This document shows, in pieces, positions 49,851-57,896 of a DNA stretch of 64,000 nt. Numbering within the stretch: position 1 is the first letter of the stretch; every line of letters starts with the position of its first letter. Where the stretch lies: sequence record LC768500.1; one strand, written 5' to 3'. A model generated the notes under the pieces. That model did no database searches. It was not told the origin of the DNA and saw nothing but the letters and a program-made list of their open reading frames with translations. The translations under genes were made by a program, and so were the position numbers.

Positions 49851-51755
49851 ATGAGAGAGCAACTAGCTGAACAAATCAAGTATCATAATAAACGTTATTT
49901 TTTAGATAACGATCCGGAAATATCCGACGATCAATACGACGAATTAAAACGGCAATACGACGCGTTGGGTGGTAATAAAAGTTCTTCCCCCGTCTTGTTA
50001 GACATGGAGGGGAGTGCTCTGCACAAGGTAGGGTTAGACATCCCCATGTTATCTTTATCTAAGAAATTGAACTTATCGGAATACGAAGCCTGGGAATCCG
50101 ATTACGAAGATAAGGATAAGTATCATTCTTACAAACTGGACGGTCTGGCGATTGAAGCCTGTTACGAGTTTGGTTTGTTAACTAAGCTCCGTACACGAGG
50201 AGATGGGCTAACTGGCGAAGATATCTTAGATAATGCCGGGGTTTTCTCACCAGATCAGCTCCCTTTAGAAAATCCGGCTTTAAAGGATTTTCACCGGGTT
50301 TGGTTACGAGGGGAAGGGTACGTCAGACTGGACGATCTGGTTGTTATCAATGAGATCAACGCCAAGACTTATCCCAATTGTCGTAGTGCGGCATCGGGCC
50401 TTATTCGTAGAAATCCAAAAGACAACGAAGATCTGGCAGGTAAGATTTCTTATAACGTTTATTGGTGCAGTGAACGTTTCGGTTTAGAGACTTACTCCGC
50501 CGTTATGGATAAACTCCGTGACTTCGGTTTCAGTACTGCCCCGGAATGTCAGTATGAAGACATTGTCAATAATAACCGTCCCCCACTTCTTCCTACTGAC
50601 GGAATCGTTTCCGTTATCGATAGTTTTTCTGATCAAGATGAATTGGGTTCGACTAACGAATATCCTCGCTGGGGAGTGGCATATAAGTTCCCTCCGGAGC
50701 AAGCGGAAACCATCGCTGAAAACGTTTCATGGGAAACGGGTAGAACGGGACGAGTCACCCCAGTTCTCACTTATAAGGCGGTTACGTTAGGCGGTAATAC
50801 AAACACGGAATGTTCTTTGTTCAACTATCGTCATTTTATCAAAACCGGGGTACGTAAAGGGAGTCGGATCATCATCGCCCGTAACGGTGACGTCATTCCT
50901 TATTTCGTTAGGGTTGTAGAAGCCGGATTAGGCGATGAGTTTAAAACCCCTAAAGTCTGTCCGTCGTGTTCGTCCATTCTGATGTATGAAGGGAAAGACG
51001 AGAAGAACATCTTCTTAACCTGTAAAAATACCGCGGATTGTCCAGCGCAGCATATCCAGCGATTCATTAATTTTGTCAGTCGTAAGGGATTGGATATCAA
51101 AGGTTACGGCGATAAGATGATGGAGAAGCACGTCGGGGAAGGGAAAGTCAGTACGCTTTCTGACATTCTTAACTTAGGAGAAATCCTTTCAGGGGAGGGT
51201 TTGGATAGGAATACTGAGAAGGTTATTGAGAAACTCAATAACTTAGGAAGTTACCCGGCATATAAGGTACTGGGTGCTTTGGGTATTCCTGGTGTCGCCG
51301 AAGGAACAGCTAAACTCATTACCGCTCAAGTCGGCAGTGTGGAAGATCTAATCGCTCTGCTTAAAGACGTTAAACGTTTGCTGGAGATTGAAGGTGTTGG
51401 AGTGAGTACCGTAAATGAGATCCAATCGTTTTTAAGTAACCCGGCTCTTTTTACGGATGTCGAAAACGTACTGAATAAACTCACATTAACATTTGAAAAA
51501 GGACAAGAACACGATATCAAAGTTTGTGTTACCGGGGGGTTATCCATTCCGAGAAAAGCAGCAGAAGAGAAGTTCAATCTTTCTGGGATTGAGTTACTGG
51601 ACGGTGTAACTAAAAAGATGGATGTTCTCGTCTTCGCACCTGGAGGGAGTCAGGGTAAGAAGGATAAAGCTATCGCCATGAATAAAGTGGTTATAGAAGC
51701 AACCGACGTTCACACTGTAGAACAAATTATCGATCAAATATTAACAGCCATTTAG
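49851..51755 (+). CDS. ligA: NAD-dependent DNA ligase
   Basis: domain Ia YHNKRYF..NDPEISDDQYD, KLDG adenylation motif, PRWGVAYKF, GRTGRVTPV, Cys4 zinc finger, HhH repeats, C-terminal BRCT (VCVTGGL). Confidence 0.95.
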   Translation: MREQLAEQIKYHNKRYFLDNDPEISDDQYDELKRQYDALGGNKSSSPVLLDMEGSALHKVGLDIPMLSLSKKLNLSEYEAWESDYEDKDKYHSYKLDGLAIEACYEFGLLTKLRTRGDGLTGEDILDNAGVFSPDQLPLENPALKDFHRVWLRGEGYVRLDDLVVINEINAKTYPNCRSAASGLIRRNPKDNEDLAGKISYNVYWCSERFGLETYSAVMDKLRDFGFSTAPECQYEDIVNNNRPPLLPTDGIVSVIDSFSDQDELGSTNEYPRWGVAYKFPPEQAETIAENVSWETGRTGRVTPVLTYKAVTLGGNTNTECSLFNYRHFIKTGVRKGSRIIIARNGDVIPYFVRVVEAGLGDEFKTPKVCPSCSSILMYEGKDEKNIFLTCKNTADCPAQHIQRFINFVSRKGLDIKGYGDKMMEKHVGEGKVSTLSDILNLGEILSGEGLDRNTEKVIEKLNNLGSYPAYKVLGALGIPGVAEGTAKLITAQVGSVEDLIALLKDVKRLLEIEGVGVSTVNEIQSFLSNPALFTDVENVLNKLTLTFEKGQEHDIKVCVTGGLSIPRKAAEEKFNLSGIELLDGVTKKMDVLVFAPGGSQGKKDKAIAMNKVVIEATDVHTVEQIIDQILTAI

Positions 51756-51765
51756 GAGAAAAGCA

Positions 51766-52092
51766 ATGCGAATTATTAAAATCGTAACTGTTTTTGTAGA
51801 TGCGACTATGGAGGAGATCAAAGCGATCGTGAAACAACACGTCGATCGTAATTTATACGAAGATCATATCCTCGAATACAAAGAAGGTTCGGCCGTTTTC
51901 TTGGTTGCCGAAAACCAAGCTGGATTGGTTGCGACCTCTTTGCAAGGCGCTTTCGATAATTCGGAATACATGCCTCGCTCTACGTTAACGGATACTGACA
52001 AGGGATTGATCGTATTGCGTTACACCAAACTCACTGGGGACCTGCGCGCTTCTAACGGTACTCGTAATCAAGCCAAAGCCATGTTTAACTAA
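51766..52092 (+). CDS. hypothetical protein
   Basis: 108 aa, AGGAG RBS. Confidence 0.65.
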   Translation: MRIIKIVTVFVDATMEEIKAIVKQHVDRNLYEDHILEYKEGSAVFLVAENQAGLVATSLQGAFDNSEYMPRSTLTDTDKGLIVLRYTKLTGDLRASNGTRNQAKAMFN

Positions 52093-53355
52093 TTGGATAT
52101 CGACAAAATGACCAAAGAAACTAAAGTAGAGAAAAAAGAAGCAGGCGTTTTTAAACTTAAAGAGAAACAGATACAGGTTGCTAATCCTAAACGTGATTAT
52201 CATCTGATGATCGACGGAGAAGATAAAACTTCCGAATTAGTTGACGTGGATAAAGCGGGCATGGACGATTTCCAATTTCGGTTCGGATTCTTTATGTACA
52301 TCCGCGATAAAAACAAGAAGCTAAAAAGACTCTTTGAATACGGTTCTGCTGAGGGTTTGAAAGAGTTTACGTTTAAGCAATCTGATAAAGAATATCGGAT
52401 CGTTTTAGGTAAAGGGTCCTCTGTGACGCTTGAGACTAAATCTGGCGGTAGGATGTTCGACGAGGACTTCATGCCCATGGGAGAGGACGTCTCAGTGAAC
52501 GATTACCGATTACGTGATGCGTTCCACCCCTCTTTTAACCTTAAACCTGAGACAGGAAACAAAACTACTCTGGTAGTTCTTAACTCCACTGTTTCACTCA
52601 AATATGTTTACGGGATTAATCTCGTTATCAATCAGGATATCACAGAAGGAACGCTGATATCCTCCTATGTTTACAATTCTCGGTATTCGGATTACCATAA
52701 GCTGGTTAACCCGACCATTGTGCGGTCAGAGATTGATGAAGGGTCGTTATCCGAATCACCTTATATTGTAAAAAGTGTTATTCGTGACTCCGGACTGAGA
52801 GGAAAGAGGGTTTCCGTCGTCAACTCTGTGTTTCTTAAAACCAGAATTAATGCCGAAGGTGGGATCACAGCAAGTAAAGTTAGTTTAGAAAACTCCAACA
52901 TCAGCTCCAGAAGTTCTAACGTAGATTTCGACGGGAGCTCTTTCAACGTTTACTCAGGCGTACAGCTTAATACGGTCGCCGGCGTTCTAATCAAACGTAA
53001 AGTAGATTTTTTAGAGTACTCCATCGGTGATGTCACTCTGATAGCGGTACGTAAAGGCGGGCTTTATCCTCGCACCTATGAATCCGACAAGGGTGTTGAA
53101 ATGATTATCTCGACACCTTATCGTTACGTCGATGTTAGGGACGAAATTGTTGTTAGAGAGAAAGATTCCCGCAGTGAAATCACGGCTAAAGTAGCTAAGC
53201 TCATTTTCAATAGGGATACTGAACAGACTATTTATCAGGGTCCGTTCCAGAGTAACACTGTGGAGTCGACTATCGTTGAATCTTTCTCCGACGCCATTAT
53301 GTCCAGACTTCGTCTGTTGGGGATGATTGATACAGCTTTAAGTGTGGGGATTTAA
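52093..53355 (+). CDS. hypothetical protein with probable beta-solenoid repeat region
   Basis: 420 aa (start may be ATG 52108); periodic S/V/I-rich stretch (TIVRSEID, YIVKSVIRDS, SVVNSVFL, SLENSNIS). Confidence 0.6.
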   Translation: MDIDKMTKETKVEKKEAGVFKLKEKQIQVANPKRDYHLMIDGEDKTSELVDVDKAGMDDFQFRFGFFMYIRDKNKKLKRLFEYGSAEGLKEFTFKQSDKEYRIVLGKGSSVTLETKSGGRMFDEDFMPMGEDVSVNDYRLRDAFHPSFNLKPETGNKTTLVVLNSTVSLKYVYGINLVINQDITEGTLISSYVYNSRYSDYHKLVNPTIVRSEIDEGSLSESPYIVKSVIRDSGLRGKRVSVVNSVFLKTRINAEGGITASKVSLENSNISSRSSNVDFDGSSFNVYSGVQLNTVAGVLIKRKVDFLEYSIGDVTLIAVRKGGLYPRTYESDKGVEMIISTPYRYVDVRDEIVVREKDSRSEITAKVAKLIFNRDTEQTIYQGPFQSNTVESTIVESFSDAIMSRLRLLGMIDTALSVGI

Positions 53356-53358
53356 ATC

Positions 53359-53964
53359 ATGTTAAAAATTCGTTTCGAAGAATTAAAGACGTTTAACAAA
53401 CTCATTGTTAACGACTTTACCATTAAGGTCGATAAAGGTCACGAGAACCTCCCTGCTGAGCTTTACGAAGGTAAGACGCTCATTGCTACAATACCGACAA
53501 CAAAATCGTCCTCAGGCGTTCCTATTAAGCCTATGGGGTTGTTCCCGTTTGTTACTTTAATGGCCATGGGTGGGGCTATTATCAGTCAACAGAAAGAAGG
53601 GGTCTTTGATAAACTCCAGGGTTTATCCGAAGAGATCTTTTCTCAAGTAATCCATCGACAAACGATGGGAGAGCAGTTCTGCGACGATCCTAAGAATCAC
53701 AAGTACCTTCGTGTGTGCTTGGATAATGGGGCGTGGTCAACTGAGAAGGAAATCCAACCCGGTATTTTTGTGAATAACGAGTTTTACGTGTCGTCCAACG
53801 TTAATTCGAAAAATCAACGTTTTATGAAGGTTATTTCTATAACCGACGTCGCCTCCCCTAATCGTAAAAATATCGTTAGGCAGGAACTCCGTCAGGTTTA
53901 CGTCTTCACTGTACCGTTTGGGGAATTCGGATTTAAACACGAATTGGTCCAGTCGATTAAGTAA
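53359..53964 (+). CDS. hypothetical protein
   Basis: 201 aa, 3 nt after the previous stop. Confidence 0.65.
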   Translation: MLKIRFEELKTFNKLIVNDFTIKVDKGHENLPAELYEGKTLIATIPTTKSSSGVPIKPMGLFPFVTLMAMGGAIISQQKEGVFDKLQGLSEEIFSQVIHRQTMGEQFCDDPKNHKYLRVCLDNGAWSTEKEIQPGIFVNNEFYVSSNVNSKNQRFMKVISITDVASPNRKNIVRQELRQVYVFTVPFGEFGFKHELVQSIK

Positions 53965-53971
53965 CGTTGAG

Positions 53972-53993
53972 AGGGGAGATTAAGTTCTCCCCT
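53972..53993 (+). terminator. short stem-loop
   Basis: AGGGGAGA-ttaagt-TCTCCCCT. Confidence 0.5.
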
Positions 53994-54016
53994 ATTTAAC
54001 CAACGAGGATAAGATT

Positions 54017-54538
54017 TTGGATCAAATTACTATTTACACCGATGGTAGCTGTCTTGAGAATAGCGCGGCCGGAGGACCGGGAGGATGGGCGTACATTATC
54101 GTAGGCAAGGATGAAAAATATTCGATAGAGCAAAACAAAGGTTATTTTAAAACCACAAATAACCGAATGGAAATGATGGCGTGTTTAGAAGCGTTATTGG
54201 AGTTCGATTACCCGAAAAGAATTATCATTCATACCGATAGCCAATATCTCATCGACGGGATGACTAAATGGATTTACGGTTGGAGAAAAAGGAATTGGGT
54301 GACGGGTTACGGAGAAGCAGTTAAAAACAAAGACCTTTGGCAGGCGTTGATTGACGCCAGTAAGTTTCACAAAGTCACCTACGTGAAAGTTAGAGCGCAT
54401 AATGGTGATAAGTACAATGAGCGATGCGATGTTCTCGCTAAAGAAGCGGCGAGAAACCCAGAGCTTGATGACGTAGGATTTGTTCCCGTACACAACCCAC
54501 CCAAAATTAAATATCCTTATTACTTTAGGAAAAGATAA
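54017..54538 (+). CDS. rnhA: ribonuclease HI
   Basis: YTDGSC, GPGGW, TTNNRMEMMA, TDSQY, VKNKDLW, HNGDKYNERCD; all catalytic acidic residues present. Confidence 0.95.
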   Translation: MDQITIYTDGSCLENSAAGGPGGWAYIIVGKDEKYSIEQNKGYFKTTNNRMEMMACLEALLEFDYPKRIIIHTDSQYLIDGMTKWIYGWRKRNWVTGYGEAVKNKDLWQALIDASKFHKVTYVKVRAHNGDKYNERCDVLAKEAARNPELDDVGFVPVHNPPKIKYPYYFRKR

Positions 54539-54540
54539 TC

Positions 54541-55881
54541 ATGGTTTCAATTGATGATGTGCAGAAAAAACTCACTACTTATTTTGATGACCGTTTAATC
54601 GGGCAACCGGAATTAGTAGAAGGTATCATTACCAATATTAAGTTGCGAGAGATCTACCACAATAATTTAGCGTTTGCTAAAGAAGCCGGTATTTATATCC
54701 CCCCTTTAAATATGCTGGTTAGGGGGAAATCTGGCAACGGTAAAAGTCATTCGATTAACTTTATTTGTCGATCTTTGGGATTACCTTTCGTCAGCGTCAA
54801 CGCCACGGATTTTACTTCTTCCGGTTACGTTGGCGCTTCGTTGTCAGATATTCCTAAAATGCTGATCGATGAAGCGGAAAGGATTCTTAAAGAGAAAGAT
54901 CAAATTAAGGGTGGGTTCGACGTTCCCCCTCCCACACAGGACGATAAAGATGTTGAGGAAGCCGACAATCGTTTTAAAGCAATAGAAAAAGAATTAATCG
55001 ACTTGGGTGTTCGTATGGATAAAATGGGTCCTAAGCGACCTGCCTTCGCCCACTCTATACGTTTGTATGAAAAGGGGATACCGTACAGAATCAAACTTTG
55101 TTTCAGTAACAAAACACCTAAGAAACTTTATGCCGAATTAACCGAAGGGAAGGAATTTACCGATAAAGAGAGGACTAAGATTAATAGTCTGTTAAACAAG
55201 CTGTCCACCCCATATAAACCCTACTCGTTTAAATTCGATACAAGTTTCATTGACAAGTTCAGGTTAGGTGGAATAAAAGATTCTAATCCTGGAGTCAAAG
55301 AGTATGCCCAAAATAAGGGTATCGTCATGATCGATGAGATTGATAAAATCCTCATGGGTAAGAACGGACAATACAACGTTGGGACTCACGGAATCATCAG
55401 GGAGATTCTAGCCTATCTGTCCGGATCAAACATCATGAGCGGAGGTGATATGTTTGATACGTCAAACATCATCTTTATCTGTGCTGGCGCTTTTGACATG
55501 GTCGACTTTAAAGATATCCCCACCGAACTCTTAGGTCGCCTCCCTACACGTTTAACTGTTAAGGACCCTACTGAAGATAGTCTTTACCGGATGCTGACTT
55601 CCCAGGTAGTGGACCCGTGGGGTATGGTCAAACTCATTCTTCGTAACAAAGGATGTGAAAATTTCATCATTAGTGATGAAATTTCTAGACATATCGCCAA
55701 ACGTGTTATCGAGGACGAAAAGATCAAACCCATTGGGGTCAGACGTTTAATGGCTGTGATTAGCGAAATAGCTAAAATCTATTATCTCATGGACGAGATA
55801 GATAAAGAGATAACTTTATCAGAGTTCGTAGCGGATAAAGCACTTAAAACGATTAGAGACGGTTTATTAGAATCGGTTTAA
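54541..55881 (+). CDS. hslU: HslU-like AAA+ ATPase
   Basis: IGQ box, Walker A GKSGNGKS, ATDFTSSGYVG pore loop, Walker B IDEIDKI, FICAGAF, PTELLGRLP, IGVRRL; 446 aa with an I-domain-sized insertion. Confidence 0.85.
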   Translation: MVSIDDVQKKLTTYFDDRLIGQPELVEGIITNIKLREIYHNNLAFAKEAGIYIPPLNMLVRGKSGNGKSHSINFICRSLGLPFVSVNATDFTSSGYVGASLSDIPKMLIDEAERILKEKDQIKGGFDVPPPTQDDKDVEEADNRFKAIEKELIDLGVRMDKMGPKRPAFAHSIRLYEKGIPYRIKLCFSNKTPKKLYAELTEGKEFTDKERTKINSLLNKLSTPYKPYSFKFDTSFIDKFRLGGIKDSNPGVKEYAQNKGIVMIDEIDKILMGKNGQYNVGTHGIIREILAYLSGSNIMSGGDMFDTSNIIFICAGAFDMVDFKDIPTELLGRLPTRLTVKDPTEDSLYRMLTSQVVDPWGMVKLILRNKGCENFIISDEISRHIAKRVIEDEKIKPIGVRRLMAVISEIAKIYYLMDEIDKEITLSEFVADKALKTIRDGLLESV

Positions 55882-55883
55882 AC

Positions 55884-55915
55884 TTATATCCTGGGCGGAT
55901 CCGCCCAGGATATAA
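55884..55915. terminator. perfect 32-bp palindrome / terminator
   Basis: TTATATCCTGGGCGGA|TCCGCCCAGGATATAA just after the hslU stop. Confidence 0.7.
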
Positions 55916-55944
55916 TCTGTTAATTTAACTTTTGGAAACTCATC

Positions 55945-56439
55945 ATGCTTTTAGACGAATGGGTCGGTGTTTTTAACTCGTTATCCTCGGATTTGAAAGG
56001 AAGGGATGTAGAGGGTTACATTTACTTGTTTGGGGATATCATTAATGGTTTGTTGTGGGCTGGATTAGTAGGGTGGTCGATATCGTTAGTGAAGCGACGT
56101 AAGAAAAACAAACGAAGAGAAGAGAATGATTATAAGTTAGCGGAATTAATTGAGTCGTTCCTTGTCTTTGAAGGTATTACGCCGGATAAGTATTCCATCC
56201 CCAAGTTCCTAATAAAGAATGAGAAAGAACTCCTTATCGCACTAGACTACTTTTTAAGGAAGGACGCGATACTGCGTAAGAAACTGAGATTCAAACAATT
56301 AGATGTTAAATTATCGGAGGATAGGATCAAGATAAGATTTAAGTCTATCTTTAGAACCGGTGCATACGCCGTATCAACTGATTCCTCAAAGTTATTAATC
56401 TTCTTAGGTCTATTACTGGAGAAAAATAAAAATGGTTGA
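55945..56439 (+). CDS. single-pass membrane protein
   Basis: TM segment LFGDIINGLLWAGLVGWSISLV followed by KRRKKNKRR. Confidence 0.6.
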   Translation: MLLDEWVGVFNSLSSDLKGRDVEGYIYLFGDIINGLLWAGLVGWSISLVKRRKKNKRREENDYKLAELIESFLVFEGITPDKYSIPKFLIKNEKELLIALDYFLRKDAILRKKLRFKQLDVKLSEDRIKIRFKSIFRTGAYAVSTDSSKLLIFLGLLLEKNKNG

Positions 56440-56818
56440 ATTATCGTTAGTCTCTATCATTTTTGGAATTGGGTTAGGTGTACTGCTGACTCTTTTTTGG
56501 ATTAAATTCTTAAAGGGAGTGTTGGAGAAGAAAGAAGCCGAAAGAAAACTTAAAGAGGAAGTATATGAAAAATCCAAGGAGTTAGACTCCTTGGTGTCGA
56601 AATTAAGAAGAGAGGTTCATAGTCTCGATGAGTTACTTAACCGCCCGGACTTCGCCGAACTGTACGATTTTCTTAAATGCGAAATAATAGTAAGGACCGA
56701 TTGCCTTTTCATTATTTCCCCGTTTTGGATCACCCCCAAAGAAGGCATCAAACACATCGCGATTCATTTAAATGCGGTTGACCGCATTTCCTCGCGTATT
56801 TTAGGTGAACTCTGTTAA
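56432..56818 (+). CDS. single-pass membrane protein with coiled coil
   Basis: N-terminal TM (LSLVSIIFGIGLGVLLTLFWI); 8-nt overlap with the upstream gene. Confidence 0.65.
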   Translation: MVELSLVSIIFGIGLGVLLTLFWIKFLKGVLEKKEAERKLKEEVYEKSKELDSLVSKLRREVHSLDELLNRPDFAELYDFLKCEIIVRTDCLFIISPFWITPKEGIKHIAIHLNAVDRISSRILGELC

Positions 56819-56854
56819 GTCCTATTTTTAAACTATACACTCATTAGGTAAATC

Positions 56855-57094
56855 ATGAAACTCAAAGATTATCAACATCACGTTTCTATCGTCCAACACG
56901 AAGATGGAAAAGAACTCCCCTATTTAAAACAAAAGACTTACTGTGGGGGTGAACCTGAACCTTGGATGTTCCAAGGCGCTGGGCACGCTATACTGGCGAT
57001 TTCTAATCAAAGCTACACACAACCCTGCCCTGAATGTGTTAAAGCCATACAGACGATTACAGAAGGGTATTTAAAGGAAAATTCCAATGGCTAA
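56855..57094 (+). CDS. small Cys/His-containing protein (possible zinc binder)
   Basis: 79 aa, TYCG...GHA...PCPEC. Confidence 0.65.
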   Translation: MKLKDYQHHVSIVQHEDGKELPYLKQKTYCGGEPEPWMFQGAGHAILAISNQSYTQPCPECVKAIQTITEGYLKENSNG

Positions 57095-57191
57095 ATCCAA
57101 AATGTCCGACTTTATTGATATTGCCGTGCTATTCCTGGTAATATCTCTCGTCTTAACCTTTTTCTTTTACGCTATTATTAAATATGGATAA
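57087..57191 (+). CDS. 34-aa single-TM micro-protein (not in the ORF track)
   Basis: MAKSKMSDFIDIAVLFLVISLVLTFFFYAIIKYG; AAGGA RBS; 8-nt overlaps with both neighbours. Confidence 0.6.
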   Translation: MAKSKMSDFIDIAVLFLVISLVLTFFFYAIIKYG

Positions 57192-57534
57192 AACTACTAT
57201 GTTTGACCTTATTAAACTTCTCGAGATTTTCCTGGGGTTCTTTATTTGCATTTTACTGATCGTTCTGCTCGTCATAACGACACGTAAGAATAAACGACCC
57301 CAGCTCCCTCCTACGCATGAAACCCTTCGGTACATCATCTCTGGCGCCCTACAGACGGGAGTTTATAATACTCCCGATCTTTATGTCGAACTCGCCTTAA
57401 AACTCTCTAAGGACTACGGAGAGCTCTTAAACGTTAAAATAGAGTACGATCATTTATCGTCGTCTAGCCATAAAACGTTTTATATAAAGGATTATACACT
57501 TAAACGAGTTTACCCGCTAACCTTTAACGCATAA
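57184..57534 (+). CDS. single-pass membrane protein
   Basis: TM IFLGFFICILLIVLLVIT followed by RKNKR. Confidence 0.65.
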   Translation: MDKTTMFDLIKLLEIFLGFFICILLIVLLVITTRKNKRPQLPPTHETLRYIISGALQTGVYNTPDLYVELALKLSKDYGELLNVKIEYDHLSSSSHKTFYIKDYTLKRVYPLTFNA

Positions 57535-57544
57535 AACGTTGATC

Positions 57545-57576
57545 TACTCCTACTCCCGTAATAGGGAGTAGGAGTA
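57545..57576 (+). terminator. intrinsic terminator
   Basis: TACTCCTACTCCC-gtaata-GGGAGTAGGAGTA, perfect 13-bp stem. Confidence 0.8.
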
Positions 57577-57640
57577 CTCTTATGAATTTATTTTTAGTTA
57601 ATTAATTAATGTTAAACCTAGGATAGTATAGTATAAATAG

Positions 57641-57770
57641 CTCTAGCGCAATATATTAGGCCTTCGGCCTAAAGGGCTAGGGTAAGTCTATTCGTTCGTT
57701 TCAGCATCAATCAAGGTATTCGCTACGCTCATACTTTCTTATGCTGATCGATGGGTAGAAAATCTTTCTA
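57641..57770. other. structured non-coding element (three nested/adjacent hairpins)
   Basis: CTAGC..TTAGGCC-ttc-GGCCTAA..GCTAG; TCAGCAT..AAGGTAT-tcgctacgctc-ATACTTT..ATGCTGA; TAGAAA-atc-TTTCTA. Confidence 0.5.
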
Positions 57771-57860
57771 TTTTAGTTAAATACCAGTTAAAACGGGTTT
57801 GGGCGACGTCTTTTTGAAAATTTAACTAGTGGCTATCATCTTGGTACTTAACTTATTTAA

Positions 57861-57877
57861 TTTAAACTCTATATCAT
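57861..57877 (+). promoter_or_regulatory. putative phage early promoter of tnpB
   Basis: TTTAAACTC-TATATCAT, near-identical to the HNH promoter (TTTAAACC-TATATTAC); GGAGGA RBS at 57884-57889. Confidence 0.65.
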
Positions 57878-57896
57878 AAAGTCGGAGGAACTTATT

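Noticed and set aside
51712-51720. Partial match (ACACTGTA) to the putative TnpB guide inside ligA, plus similar 7-nt hits elsewhere
   Set aside because: Only 7-8 nt match, which is chance level. No convincing self-target was found in the window.
7317-51755. Inteins or introns in DnaB, the nvRNAP subunit, SbcC or LigA
   Set aside because: Lengths and motif spacing are normal, with no Cys/Ser...His-Asn intein ends, LAGLIDADG motifs or interrupted frames.
57539-57543. TTGAT as TAM or left-end junction of the TnpB element
   Set aside because: It is followed directly by a phage-family terminator rather than an IS left-end hairpin, and a 5-mer is expected by chance.
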